DNA of 64,000 bases from Vulcanimicrobiota bacterium (GTDB lineage: Bacteria > Vulcanimicrobiota > Xenobia > Xenobiales > JADMJV01). The translations under genes and the position numbers were made by a program. How positions within the stretch are numbered: the first letter of the stretch is position 1; each line of letters starts with the position of its first letter. The notes beneath the pieces are model-generated. The model ran no database searches. It was not told where the DNA came from and saw nothing but the letters and a program-made list of their open reading frames with translations. Shown here piece by piece: positions 1-9,116 of the stretch. The stretch lies in contig JBFWNU010000001.1 of the NCBI GenBank assembly GCA_050250895.1, forward strand, positions 3,186,981 through 3,250,980. The letters are read 5' to 3'.

Positions 1-2
1 GC

Positions 3-1328
3 CACCCCGGAGGTGCGCGGGGGACGTCCTTCGAGGCCGAAGCCTTCCCAGACATCCTGCCCGGTGACGTAGACCCCGTGAGACCAGTCGATGCCGTTCT
101 CGCTCACCTCCATGGACAGGATGTCAGGAGGGGCGATGTAGTCGTGATTGACGGTCGGGTCGCCCAGGGCCACGCGCCAGTAGAATTCGCCCGCTACGTA
201 GTCGACTCGCCCCTGCGAGGACTGGAAATGACGGAAAGGCCGGCCGTCCCACTGGATGTCGGATTGGGTTGGAAAGCTGACCGGAGCATTGCCTTGCTCA
301 GGCAGTTTCTTGAGGGCGTCCATCAGCGTGAAGTGCCCGTCGGATTCGGTCAGCCAGCGATACCCCTTGTAGCGGTTGTGGAGCAGGTACTCCGACCAGG
401 GATAGGCGACGCCTTCATAGGTGACGCTGCGCCGCATGAAGCCGATGCACTCCCATTCGGCCTCTTCGAGCATGGCCTTAGAGCCCAGCGGGATCGAAGG
501 CGGGACCTTGTGAGCCCGTTGCTGCTCGGCCTTCCACAGAATGGCCATATTGGGGTCGCGGGCGTCGATGGCGGCATCGCAGTATTCGCAAACGATCACC
601 TGGCTGCGCGGACCGCCCTTGATTTCGAGCGGGGCGCCGCAGGAGGTGCAGTTGAACTTCTTGACCGCTCCGAAGTGCAGGGTCGGCCCGGCCATGTCGT
701 CGGCCTCGGTCGACGCCTCGCGCAGGCCGCGGAACTCGAGTTGCTCGAAGGGCACGTACTCGCCCATGAAGAGGATGGGGCTTTCCTCGGAGTAGTCGAT
801 GGTGGCGGCCTTGCCGCTGCAGCTGCGTAAGTCGGCTGAAGGCAGCGCATACTCGCCCGGCATGATGAAAGGCAGCTCGCCCTCGTAAGAGACCACCTTC
901 GAGGTCATCAGATTGGTGACGGCATAGGCCTCGCCCTCGAGCCGCAAGACCTGGCCCAAGGCCAGTTGACTATAGGCGGGCAGGCCGTCCGCCTTCTGAT
1001 CGAACGAGAGGAAATATTCGCCGGCGGCCTCTCCGAGCCAGCCGACCTTGCGGTCCTGGTAGTGCAGGCACCACTCGTTCCAAAAGCCTGCCTCATGGCG
1101 GATCTGGATGCGGCCCACGAGCTCGAACTGGACGCCGTTGTATCGTCCCTGCGTTCCCAGTTGGAGCGGCGTACCGTCGGGCTGGAGTTCGGCCACCTTG
1201 CCGATCATCTCGACGTTGACATCCTGGCGAACCAGCAGTGCGTTGCACGCTCCGCAAGTTGCGTAAACTGAGAGTTCAGACTTGAAGCGGACGGCAGAAC
1301 CGCATGATGGACAGTTGCACTGTATCAC
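3..1328 (-). CDS. DUF4178-domain protein with Zn-ribbon N-terminus (3' end runs off window)
   Basis: Manual translation from GTG at 1328 (GTGA overlap with upstream stop): MIQCNCPSCGSAVRFKSELSVYATCGACNALLVR...PLQLGTQGRYNGVQFELVGRIQ...WNEW. The same frame is open near the window start (QDVWEGFGLEGRPPRTSGV). Missing from the ORF track because no stop lies in the window. Confidence 0.75.
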   Translation of the reverse strand, partial: MIQCNCPSCGSAVRFKSELSVYATCGACNALLVRQDVNVEMIGKVAELQPDGTPLQLGTQGRYNGVQFELVGRIQIRHEAGFWNEWCLHYQDRKVGWLGEAAGEYFLSFDQKADGLPAYSQLALGQVLRLEGEAYAVTNLMTSKVVSYEGELPFIMPGEYALPSADLRSCSGKAATIDYSEESPILFMGEYVPFEQLEFRGLREASTEADDMAGPTLHFGAVKKFNCTSCGAPLEIKGGPRSQVIVCEYCDAAIDARDPNMAILWKAEQQRAHKVPPSIPLGSKAMLEEAEWECIGFMRRSVTYEGVAYPWSEYLLHNRYKGYRWLTESDGHFTLMDALKKLPEQGNAPVSFPTQSDIQWDGRPFRHFQSSQGRVDYVAGEFYWRVALGDPTVNHDYIAPPDILSMEVSENGIDWSHGVYVTGQDVWEGFGLEGRPPRTSGV

Positions 1329-2419
1329 GCAGACGGTTTGGCGGTAAGTGTCGCCGATTCCTCTCCAAATTTCAGTTCGGGGTTCTTTCGCCGCTTCCAG
1401 ATGAAGCCGTCGAGCACGTAGTGTGTTAGTTGCGGAACGGCCAACAAGGGGACCAGCCAGCGATCGACGCCAGGCAAATGCCAGGGTGCTCCGAAGAGCC
1501 AGTCGTGATCAGGCCAGACGGCCCGATTCCAGAACATCTCCTCGCAGAAGGCCAGGGCCCAGACGGTCAAAAGAAAAGGGACGATGCCTTGAATCAGGGG
1601 ACCGCGTTCGCCCTTTTGGCGCGCCTCATGGCTGCGGCGGCGCGTGTGCCAGTAGACCAGGGCCATGTAGGGAATGCCGTGGATGAGCACGTTCGTGACG
1701 GTGAACGCATAGTCCGAGTTGAACGTGATGATGCCGACATACCAGCACACTGCGGTGGTGACCATGACGATATCCCGACCCGGATTGGGCGTCCCCTTCT
1801 TCCAGGAGGCCGCCGAACGGGCTATGTAGGCCAGCATGATCAGCCAGTAGAGGGGGGTGGCCAACTGAGCCACCGCCTGGGGCAGGCTGGTGAAGTCGTC
1901 GTTTAGGAACCACCAGAACTTGCGGGGCATATTGGCATGCCACCAGATCAGAGGATAGAGGGTGGTGGCGTAGATGGCCACCGTGTCCACCCAGCGCGTC
2001 CAGTCGTTGGGTTCGTTCAATCGCCGCCGGTAGAGGGCCACCCATCCATATTGCTGGCGCACGAAGTGCCAGACGGCCAGATAGGCCAGCACGCGCCAGA
2101 AGACTTCTGAGCCGAGTCGATAAAGCCCCAGGCCGATGGCGAACCCCGCCAGGGGCGTCAAGAGATAAAGGCCCGGGCGGCGGCGCACCTCGGCCGGGTC
2201 GAAATAGACTTTGAACCCGGTCGAGTAGACGTGAGCCACATCGACTAGCAAGACCGCATAGACCCAGGTCCATTCGGGCGTGTCGCGATCGAGAAGCCCC
2301 AGTTCGTAACCCACTGCCAGGGCCAACAAAGCCAAACCGGCACTGCCCAAAAAGACGCCCAGGTCCACCGCTGGTGAGAAAAGCCACCAGCCACGCGGGG
2401 TTTTGCTTTCGCCGGCCAT
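1325..2419 (-). CDS. Polytopic membrane protein (His-motif family, DVAHVYST / HFVRQQYG / HYVLDGFIW), translationally coupled to DUF4178 gene
   Basis: ORF 1325..2476; ATG 2419 (MAGESK) preferred; many TM segments. Confidence 0.7.
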   Translation of the reverse strand: MAGESKTPRGWWLFSPAVDLGVFLGSAGLALLALAVGYELGLLDRDTPEWTWVYAVLLVDVAHVYSTGFKVYFDPAEVRRRPGLYLLTPLAGFAIGLGLYRLGSEVFWRVLAYLAVWHFVRQQYGWVALYRRRLNEPNDWTRWVDTVAIYATTLYPLIWWHANMPRKFWWFLNDDFTSLPQAVAQLATPLYWLIMLAYIARSAASWKKGTPNPGRDIVMVTTAVCWYVGIITFNSDYAFTVTNVLIHGIPYMALVYWHTRRRSHEARQKGERGPLIQGIVPFLLTVWALAFCEEMFWNRAVWPDHDWLFGAPWHLPGVDRWLVPLLAVPQLTHYVLDGFIWKRRKNPELKFGEESATLTAKPSA

Positions 2420-2554
2420 GACCTTCGGCTTCTCTAGCGAAGAGGTGGACCCTTTTCGATTCTCGTGGGTTACCAATCGGTAACATCTTGTCCGTTGTCT
2501 CGAACGGGGGAATGGCTTTACGATGGGATTCGAGGGAAACCATCCAGAACGCGA

Positions 2555-2587
2555 TTTCAGAGAAATTTCAACACTTTTCCGTAGGAT
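2555..2587 (+). promoter_or_regulatory. Direct-repeat activator box plus -10 (class I motif)
   Basis: TTTCAG-N5-TTTCAA-N10-TAGGAT upstream of PLD gene; same geometry at three other sites. Confidence 0.55.
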
Positions 2588-2613
2588 GGTGACTCTAGAA
2601 GGAGTCTGCTCAT

Positions 2614-4953
2614 ATGAAAGTACCTGGCAACACAGTCAAACTCGGTGACATCACGCTTCGCCCCGAGAACGTGAACGTCGATACCATCAAGACCCTGGCC
2701 GACAAAGCGGCCGGTTCGGGGGTCGCAGAGGCCAAGGAGGCCAAGGCGGCCATCGATAACTGGGCCAAGACCGGAGAGATCAGCACCGAAGACTATGCCA
2801 AGGTAGAAGACTTCCGCAAGGCCGCGGGACGCCAGTTCCGCGACCTCAAGAGCGAGTTCTGGGATCGCAAGAATGGCGGTGCCAACTGGGAAGACCTCAA
2901 GCCCGTCGAGGCCAAGATGGGCAAAGTCGGCGCCTTCCTTCACCTCAACGAGAAGATCCGCACCGAATTGCGCGAAGCCACCGCGCTGACAGCCGTCCAG
3001 GCTGCGGCGGGCGCTTCCTTCTCGGGTCCCGTGGGGGTGGTGGCCCTTTATGCCGCCTATTCCAACGGAGCCACCTGGGATGGCTCGGCCGATAAAGCCA
3101 CCAAAGAATTACTCGAGACCTACCAGGGCTACCTCAGTGGCGACTCGCGCATGATTACTGAAGGCAACCTGGTCGAGCAATTCCATCGCGACAGCCTCTG
3201 GCACTCCATGAACGGAGGGCTCAAAGAGGGTATCGCGGACGCCAAGGCCGGCGAGTCGGTCGAACTGACCGAGCAATACTATGAACTCACCTCGGCCGAG
3301 ATTCTCGGCAAGAACGCCGAAGCTGTCGACGCCAAAGCCAAGTTTCGGGGCAACATCGATCCCGGCCGCTTGAGCTACCCGGATAAGGACGACAAGGGCT
3401 CCTACTTCGATGTGGACGACATCCCTCACAAGATGCGCACCGTCATCCAGCTGCTCTCGAAGAAAGGTGCCGATGTCGGCCTCACCATCTTCGCCGTCAA
3501 CAAGTTGCTCAACAATAATCCCGAGAACCTGATGCATCGCAAGGTCTTGCGCAAGAACGACGAGGTGACCCTCAGCGGCATGAACGCCAACGACGGGTCG
3601 GGCGAGAATGTCGATGCCGGTTACCGCTTCCGCGGGCCGGTTGCCCGCAAGATTATGGAGAACCTCAAGCGCGATGTGGCCAACTCGGTGGGGGCCGGCA
3701 TCGAGGAAATCTGGGGCGAGAAGCACTTCCAGGGCTTCACCGATGGCCGCCTGAAGGTAGGCGTTCGCGGCATGACCGCCATTCTCGACGTGCTGGGCGG
3801 ACCCGCTCCGGCCGACCAGGAACTGGACAAGCCCACCAACATGAAAGAACTCGAGGCCCTGGCCAAGAAGGCCAAGGTCAAGCTGGCCGAGCTGATCGAG
3901 GCTCCCGACGGAGGCGAAGAGAAGGCTCTCGAGGCCATGCTTCACGGCGCAAAGGTCGAGCTGAGCGCTACCGGAAAAGAAAAACTCATCTCGATCATCA
4001 ACCAGGCCGTGACCATGACCCAGGCTCCCGACAACATCGAGAGGGCTCAGGATATCAGTCTGCCCTCGGGCGAAAAGGTCGGCACCACCCGGGTGGATCT
4101 GGCCGACTTGCCTACCGAGCGCGAGACGCTGATGCTCGATGCTATCGCCAAAGCCGAAAAGTTCATCTATCTGCCCGGCTTCGTGGTGACCAGGGCGGTG
4201 GCCGCCGCCATCGTGGCTCGCAAGAACGAACTCGCGGCCCAGGGCAAAGAGCTTGATGTGAAAGTCATCGCCGACCCGGGCGTCTACCCCGGCGGCGACA
4301 CTCCCAACAGCTGGGGAGTGAAATTCCTCGAGGATCACGGCATCAACGCCCGCTGGGCGATGCTGACCCGCTCGGGCTGGCACGACCGCAAGATTCACGC
4401 CAAGCAGCTGATCACCGACAAGGGCGAGATGACCGGCAGCACCAACTTCTCGAACAAGGGAATGAAAGACAACTGGGAGACCTCGACCTTCGTCCACTTC
4501 GACCCCGAGGATCCCAAATCGATGGCCGATCGCGACCGTTCGGTCGCCCAGTTCATGGAACTGTGGCAGAACAACTCGTTCGAACTCAGCACGCTCGACC
4601 TGGCCGGTTGCTGGAACCGCTACAAACCCGCCGAGGGCAAAGAATACATGGTCGAAGACTCGCGCAACGGCGCCGTCAAGAAGATCATCGGCTGGCTCGA
4701 GGATTACGAGAAAGAAACAGCCGGCTTCATGGCCCGCCTGGCCAAGCGGCCCGACATCGCGCCGGTGGTGGCGTCGATGGTCGCCGACGGCTACTCCGAA
4801 GGAGATGCGATTCTCAACGGCGTGGTGTCGGTCATCGGTGAACGTCACTACTACGAGGGTCTAGCCCAGCTGCCGGCCTACAAGACGCTGATGGAAGAGA
4901 AGGGGAAGGTCGAGGCCTGGAAGGCCAGAGAGGCTCGCTTCAATAAAGGCTAG
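2614..4953 (+). CDS. Phospholipase D-superfamily protein (two HKD-type motifs)
   Basis: HRKVLRKNDEVTLSGMN (variant) and HAKQLITDKGEMTGSTN (canonical); RBS AAGGAG. Confidence 0.8.
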   Translation: MKVPGNTVKLGDITLRPENVNVDTIKTLADKAAGSGVAEAKEAKAAIDNWAKTGEISTEDYAKVEDFRKAAGRQFRDLKSEFWDRKNGGANWEDLKPVEAKMGKVGAFLHLNEKIRTELREATALTAVQAAAGASFSGPVGVVALYAAYSNGATWDGSADKATKELLETYQGYLSGDSRMITEGNLVEQFHRDSLWHSMNGGLKEGIADAKAGESVELTEQYYELTSAEILGKNAEAVDAKAKFRGNIDPGRLSYPDKDDKGSYFDVDDIPHKMRTVIQLLSKKGADVGLTIFAVNKLLNNNPENLMHRKVLRKNDEVTLSGMNANDGSGENVDAGYRFRGPVARKIMENLKRDVANSVGAGIEEIWGEKHFQGFTDGRLKVGVRGMTAILDVLGGPAPADQELDKPTNMKELEALAKKAKVKLAELIEAPDGGEEKALEAMLHGAKVELSATGKEKLISIINQAVTMTQAPDNIERAQDISLPSGEKVGTTRVDLADLPTERETLMLDAIAKAEKFIYLPGFVVTRAVAAAIVARKNELAAQGKELDVKVIADPGVYPGGDTPNSWGVKFLEDHGINARWAMLTRSGWHDRKIHAKQLITDKGEMTGSTNFSNKGMKDNWETSTFVHFDPEDPKSMADRDRSVAQFMELWQNNSFELSTLDLAGCWNRYKPAEGKEYMVEDSRNGAVKKIIGWLEDYEKETAGFMARLAKRPDIAPVVASMVADGYSEGDAILNGVVSVIGERHYYEGLAQLPAYKTLMEEKGKVEAWKAREARFNKG

Positions 4954-4961
4954 CCCAGCGC

Positions 4962-5705
4962 TTACCCGCAGTCCCAGTTGTAGAAGACAGTGTCGAACCT
5001 CAGCCTGGCCAGATCCGCGGGCTTGATGAAGAAGTTACCCACGCCGGCATCACCCCACATGATGTCGGCGTGGTCGTCTGTGTCGATCTGGAGCAGCAAC
5101 TCATAGTCTCGAAGCGCCGGCCGGTATTCGCGCGGATCGACCTGGGTGAAGCCCGGATAGCCGCCCAGGCGGTGCCCGTCGCCAGAGCACAGTTCGTAGT
5201 AGGCCTCCATCAACTCGTCGGTATATAGTCCCAATTGCTCGAACCGATAGTCGGCCGCCGAAACCGGTGCCTCGGCCTTCATGAACCGCATACCGTAGCT
5301 GCCATGGACCGGCAGAGAGTCGGTGGGCGGAAGAAAGCTGAAGTCGGTCACCAGATCGTGCTGGCGAACTTCGGGGAGGTAGATGACCCGGAACCCGTTT
5401 TGTTTGCGCTGCCCATCCAGGTCCAGGCCATACATATCATCGTCGGCGATGAAAAACTGCAGCAGGCCGTCCTGGGGGAAGCCATCCAGTCTGGGAGTCT
5501 CGCTAAAGTTGATCTGAGCCAGCAGGTAGAGCGGGCCGTCGGGGCCCTGGGGGTATTCGGCTTCGAGCGGCAGATAAGGAGGGCCCCCGATGCGGCTACT
5601 CCACGGCGCCGGCACCGAGCCCGGCAAGGGATCGAGGGCGATGTGCGGCCGGACGGTAGCGGCAATCGCTTTTCGATAGGGCTCGAGCAGGGCGGGCAGT
5701 TGCAT
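4962..5705 (-). CDS. YwqG/DUF1963 family protein
   Basis: SRIGGPPYLP, LLAQINF, HRLGGYPGFTQ, LLLQIDTD, MWGDAGVGNFFI, YNWDCG; start could be 5801. Confidence 0.85.
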   Translation of the reverse strand: MQLPALLEPYRKAIAATVRPHIALDPLPGSVPAPWSSRIGGPPYLPLEAEYPQGPDGPLYLLAQINFSETPRLDGFPQDGLLQFFIADDDMYGLDLDGQRKQNGFRVIYLPEVRQHDLVTDFSFLPPTDSLPVHGSYGMRFMKAEAPVSAADYRFEQLGLYTDELMEAYYELCSGDGHRLGGYPGFTQVDPREYRPALRDYELLLQIDTDDHADIMWGDAGVGNFFIKPADLARLRFDTVFYNWDCG

Positions 5706-5922
5706 CTGCCGCGCATTCGCGTCGACCTGCTCGGCACCTCTTAGGGCGAGGGGTGGAGCTTTTCTTGGAGAGTTTTTTGCAGTCTCTGTTGGAACGGCCA
5801 CGAGCCGGCAACATGATCAAGTCTTTCGGAAACATACTTAACAATCGTGTAACAACCTTGGCCTCTCGCCGCGTTGGCCAATCACTACAATGGGGGCGAG
5901 ACAAACAGGAGGCGTGTGCAAA

Positions 5923-6990
5923 ATGGCAGGTAGCAGAGGCGTATCATCTAGACCGGCGGCAAGACCCGCGGCCAAACCCCCTCGTCAGAGCGGCGGTTCG
6001 CGGGTGGCCAATACTGGCCGAGGCTTCGGCAACGCAATCTCCAGAGGTGGCAGCTGGCTCGGAAACAAGATTGGCGGCAGCGTCGGAAACAGTATCTCTA
6101 CGGGAGCGAACTCGCTCGGCAAGAGCATCGGCTCCGGTGCCGAGTCGGTTGGCAAGACCATCGACAAGTATGTTCCCTCGAGCGTCTCCAATGGAGTCAT
6201 CGACGCGGCCTCGGCGGTCAGCCCGGCTGGCTCGGCTGTGGCCAACAGCATTAGCAACTGGGGCAACAACGGCAACGCCAACGCCAACGGCGCCAACGGC
6301 AACAACAACAATGGTAACAGCAATTCTAACGGTGACCCCAACACCAACACCAATAACAACAATACCAACGGTAACAACAACACCAACGGCACTAACACCA
6401 ACAACCAGGTCGACCCGAACGGCAACTGCAATAACAACGGCAACTGCAATGGTGGCGGTTGTGATGGCGGTGGCCAGGCCAACGACTGCGGCGGTGGCGG
6501 CGGCGAATGCGGCGGCGGCGGTGAAGCTGGCGGCGGCCAGGGTGCCGGCGGCGGCGGCGAAGCGGGCGGCGCCCAGGGTGGCGGCGAGGCCGGTGGTGCT
6601 CAGGGCGCTGGCGACCAGCAGCAAAAGCAAGACATCAACGGTCAGCTGGCCGCGATGGCTTCAGGAATCATTCAAGCCGCTCAGGGCGGCGGCCAGGGCC
6701 CTCAGCAACAGGGCGGGGGCGACGTTTCGCAGCAGGTCGAGCAGCTAGGCCAGACCTACCAGCAGGCCGGCGGAGCCGAGAACCAGCAGATTAAAGCCGA
6801 GACTCACCAGCTCGTCCAGCTCGCCATGAGCATGGGCGGCGGCGGTGGCCAGGGCGGCGGCGAACAGGCCGGTATGGACGCTCTGGGTGCCCTGGCCGGA
6901 TTGGCCGGCGGCGGCGCTCCCGGTGGCGGACTGCCCGGAATGGGCGGCGGAATCCCCGGAATGGGCGGTCCCCAGACGCTGCTCGGATAG
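5923..6990 (+). CDS. Low-complexity Asn/Gly/Gln-rich protein
   Basis: AGGAGG RBS at 5907, ATG 5923, followed by a terminator. Confidence 0.75.
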   Translation: MAGSRGVSSRPAARPAAKPPRQSGGSRVANTGRGFGNAISRGGSWLGNKIGGSVGNSISTGANSLGKSIGSGAESVGKTIDKYVPSSVSNGVIDAASAVSPAGSAVANSISNWGNNGNANANGANGNNNNGNSNSNGDPNTNTNNNNTNGNNNTNGTNTNNQVDPNGNCNNNGNCNGGGCDGGGQANDCGGGGGECGGGGEAGGGQGAGGGGEAGGAQGGGEAGGAQGAGDQQQKQDINGQLAAMASGIIQAAQGGGQGPQQQGGGDVSQQVEQLGQTYQQAGGAENQQIKAETHQLVQLAMSMGGGGGQGGGEQAGMDALGALAGLAGGGAPGGGLPGMGGGIPGMGGPQTLLG

Positions 6991-7015
6991 GCTCTAGGAG
7001 AACCTGCTTGCTTCG

Positions 7016-7040
7016 ACGAACCCCTTCGGGGGTTCGTTTG
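7016..7040 (+). terminator. Intrinsic terminator
   Basis: ACGAACCCC-TTCG-GGGGTTCGT followed by TTG. Confidence 0.7.
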
Positions 7041-7044
7041 CTTT

Positions 7045-7698
7045 ATGTTTGGATTTCGCAAGACCAAAGAGATACCTAAGCCCGAGGTCGAGGTGGTCGG
7101 CTGGGCCAACGGAATGGTCCGCTTGAAATGCGCCGACGATTTGGCCATGGGCCTGACCGCGGTGGTGGCTCGCCTGTCGCCTGACGAGACGGTCGAGGCG
7201 GCCCTGGTGATCGACACCTATCTTCCCCAAGAGGACCTGTGGTTGGCCAAGGTCGAGGCGCCCGAAGAGCTGCCGGCCCGCCTCGAGGAGATGTATCCTC
7301 CCCGCGACCCCGACGAGCCCGAGCCGGTCACCTGGGACGAAAAACGCTCCGTCGACCGGGTCCAGCGTGGGCTGGGCGTGATGTGCAAGCAGTTCAAACA
7401 TTTCAAAGGTCTGACCTATGATGTCACCGCCGAAGGCGCGCGCTTGATCGCCGAAAGCCATCACCCGGCCGGCAGCGTGCTCGATATCCGCATGGAGATC
7501 GATGACGCCCGCGTCGAGGCGATGCACTTTAAGGCCGAGGTGATCTGGACGGCCCCCGTCGACGAGTCCGAGAAGCAGTTTTACATGGGTTGCAAGATCT
7601 TTCTCAGCGACGAACAGAAGGAAGTGCTCGACGAATTCCTCGACTTCTTCCGCAACTACACCGACGAGGTCTTCTCGGAACTGTACGCGCCGGACTAG
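7045..7698 (+). CDS. PilZ-domain protein
   Basis: EKRSVDR (RxxxR) and DVTAEGA (D/NxSxxG-like) motifs in C-terminal half. Confidence 0.7.
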   Translation: MFGFRKTKEIPKPEVEVVGWANGMVRLKCADDLAMGLTAVVARLSPDETVEAALVIDTYLPQEDLWLAKVEAPEELPARLEEMYPPRDPDEPEPVTWDEKRSVDRVQRGLGVMCKQFKHFKGLTYDVTAEGARLIAESHHPAGSVLDIRMEIDDARVEAMHFKAEVIWTAPVDESEKQFYMGCKIFLSDEQKEVLDEFLDFFRNYTDEVFSELYAPD

Positions 7699-7805
7699 GT
7701 CGCCCTGCGGGCGACAGGGAGCGAGCCTTCGGCTCGAGATTTCTGCCTGCGGCCGACGGGGAGCGGCGCTTTGCGCCGGGTAAGGGGGCGAGCTTTTGGT
7801 TCGAG
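7699..7805. repeat. Mini-hairpin array (REP-like family)
   Basis: gtcgccc-TGC-gggcgac, cgagcc-TTC-ggctcg, ggcgc-TTT-gcgcc separated by GGGAGC spacers; shares ggggagcggcgctttgcgcc with the 13.3 kb array. Confidence 0.6.
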
Positions 7806-7863
7806 TCGGGGACAATCTCACAGAGGGTCTGGGTCTGCTTGAGCTATCCTGCGTTCAAGTCAT

Positions 7864-7940
7864 CTGGGTGTAGGAAAGCCTGGTATTCCGCCTGCCTTGG
7901 ACGCAGGAAGTCGGCGGTTCGAATCCGTCCACTCAGACCA
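7864..7940 (+). tRNA. tRNA-Pro(TGG)
   Basis: Acceptor CTGGGTG/CACTCAG, discriminator A, CCA; anticodon arm CCTGC-CTTGGAC-GCAGG; T-loop TTCGAAT. Confidence 0.9.
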
Positions 7941-8014
7941 TCTCGGCCCTCGGGCCGCGAAAGGGCTTCAGGCAAAGGTTTGAGGCGAGGAATCGCTCGC
8001 CTCGAGGTTGGGCG

Positions 8015-8563
8015 CTATTCGCCGCTAGCCAGGGAGTGCCATTTCTCGCCGCGGGCCGCGAGTGCCCGGGCGTCGTCGTCGGGAAGGGACTTCAGCTGGT
8101 CGTTGATGCGGCGATAGGGAGGGCCGATGAGCTGGTCCTCGGGGCCGAAGCCGGACCAGTAAGAGACCTTGTCGCCCTCTTTGGCTTGGCTGGTGGCTCC
8201 AAAGCTGATCACCCGGCCGCCCTGGTAATAGCTGTGCCCCTTCTCGGTCGGACTCTCGAAGTCGATGCGCCGAATCCCCTCGCCGCCGCTCCACACGGTC
8301 AGCTTGGTGTCACCGTCCATCACTTCTTTCGAAGTCAGGATGTTGTCGCCGACCTGCGAATCGATGAGATTGATGGTCTGGGTCAGAGAAGAGTTGTCGG
8401 TAGGACCTGAGGCCGCCGGGGTCGGCGTGGGGGTGGCGGCCTCGGCCTCGGCGGTCGCGCTGGTGGCAGGGGCTGCCGGGGTGGTGGTTGCCACCGGGGT
8501 GGCGGTGCCGCCGCAGCCGAAGAGAACAGCTGCCAGGGCCAGGGAGACAAAAGAGCTTTTCAT
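8015..8563 (-). CDS. Lipoprotein, hypothetical
   Basis: MKSSFVSLALAAVLFGC lipobox, then Thr/Pro/Ala linker. Confidence 0.75.
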   Translation of the reverse strand: MKSSFVSLALAAVLFGCGGTATPVATTTPAAPATSATAEAEAATPTPTPAASGPTDNSSLTQTINLIDSQVGDNILTSKEVMDGDTKLTVWSGGEGIRRIDFESPTEKGHSYYQGGRVISFGATSQAKEGDKVSYWSGFGPEDQLIGPPYRRINDQLKSLPDDDARALAARGEKWHSLASGE

Positions 8564-8649
8564 GGCGGCCGGTTTCTTGACTCTGAGAGTGGATTCCTCG
8601 CCTCTGGCTGGGGACTTTGGGTTTGTCAGAGGCCGCCCTCGGGCAAACG

Positions 8650-8671
8650 AAAAGCCCGCGGTGGCGGGCTT
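8650..8671 (-). terminator. Intrinsic terminator after tRNA-Ala
   Basis: Minus strand AAGCCCGC-CACC-GCGGGCTTTT. Confidence 0.75.
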
Positions 8672-8673
8672 GG

Positions 8674-8749
8674 TGGTGGAGAAGAAGAGACTTGAACTCT
8701 CGACCTCTGCATTGCGAACGCAGCGCTCTCCCAGCTGAGCTACTTCCCC
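8674..8749 (-). tRNA. tRNA-Ala(CGC)
   Basis: GGGGAAGTAGCTCAGCTGGGAGAGCG...TTCGCAA...TTCAAGT...CTCCACCA; G3:U70 identity pair. Confidence 0.95.
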
Positions 8750-8761
8750 GAGGACGGGCTC

Positions 8762-8790
8762 ATTATACGGCCACCCGGTAGGGCTGTCAA
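8762..8790 (-). promoter_or_regulatory. Consensus sigma70 promoter of tRNA-Ala
   Basis: TTGACA (8790-8785) N17 TATAAT (8767-8762). Confidence 0.9.
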
Positions 8791-9116
8791 TCGCCGCCAA
8801 CGGCTCGGCGGGCCAGAAGTCTGTCGCGAATCCCTTGCGGGTCGAGCCGCAGCTCAGATTCCTGTTTCGTTGTTCCGCGTTGAACCAGACGCTGCCTCAG
8901 ATAATCCTCTACGTCATCCAGATTGCGTAGGTAGAAGGCGATGATAGCGTAGACATCAGAGAGCCCCAGAGTTGGAAACCGCTGGACGATCTCCTCGGGT
9001 GTGGGGCCCGACCTAAAGCAATCAACGATAGTGTCCAGGGGGACGCGGGTGCCCTGAACGAGGGCGACTCCATCCCGGCTCATTTCCAGGGGCACTGGCC
9101 CGGAAAAGATCTTCAT
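8787..9116 (-). CDS. DUF433 family protein (VapB45-like antitoxin)
   Basis: GTRVPLDTIV...GPTPEEIVQRFPTLGLSDVYAIIAFY. Confidence 0.85.
   Translation of the reverse strand: MKIFSGPVPLEMSRDGVALVQGTRVPLDTIVDCFRSGPTPEEIVQRFPTLGLSDVYAIIAFYLRNLDDVEDYLRQRLVQRGTTKQESELRLDPQGIRDRLLARRAVGGD

Noticed and set aside
78-830. Plus-strand 250-aa ORF
   Set aside because: Antisense shadow of the DUF4178 gene on the minus strand
3109-4848. 579-aa minus-strand ORF
   Set aside because: Antisense shadow of the PLD gene, typical of high-GC codon bias; the same applies to 32051..34126, 35172..36833, 48807..50744 and 62508..63509
7864-8749. tRNAs as integration sites of a prophage or island
   Set aside because: No integrase and no duplicated tRNA 3' end seen in the window
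8564-8800. N-terminal extension of ORF 8015..8800, and ORF 7590..8117
   Set aside because: They run through tRNA genes; the real lipoprotein starts at 8563
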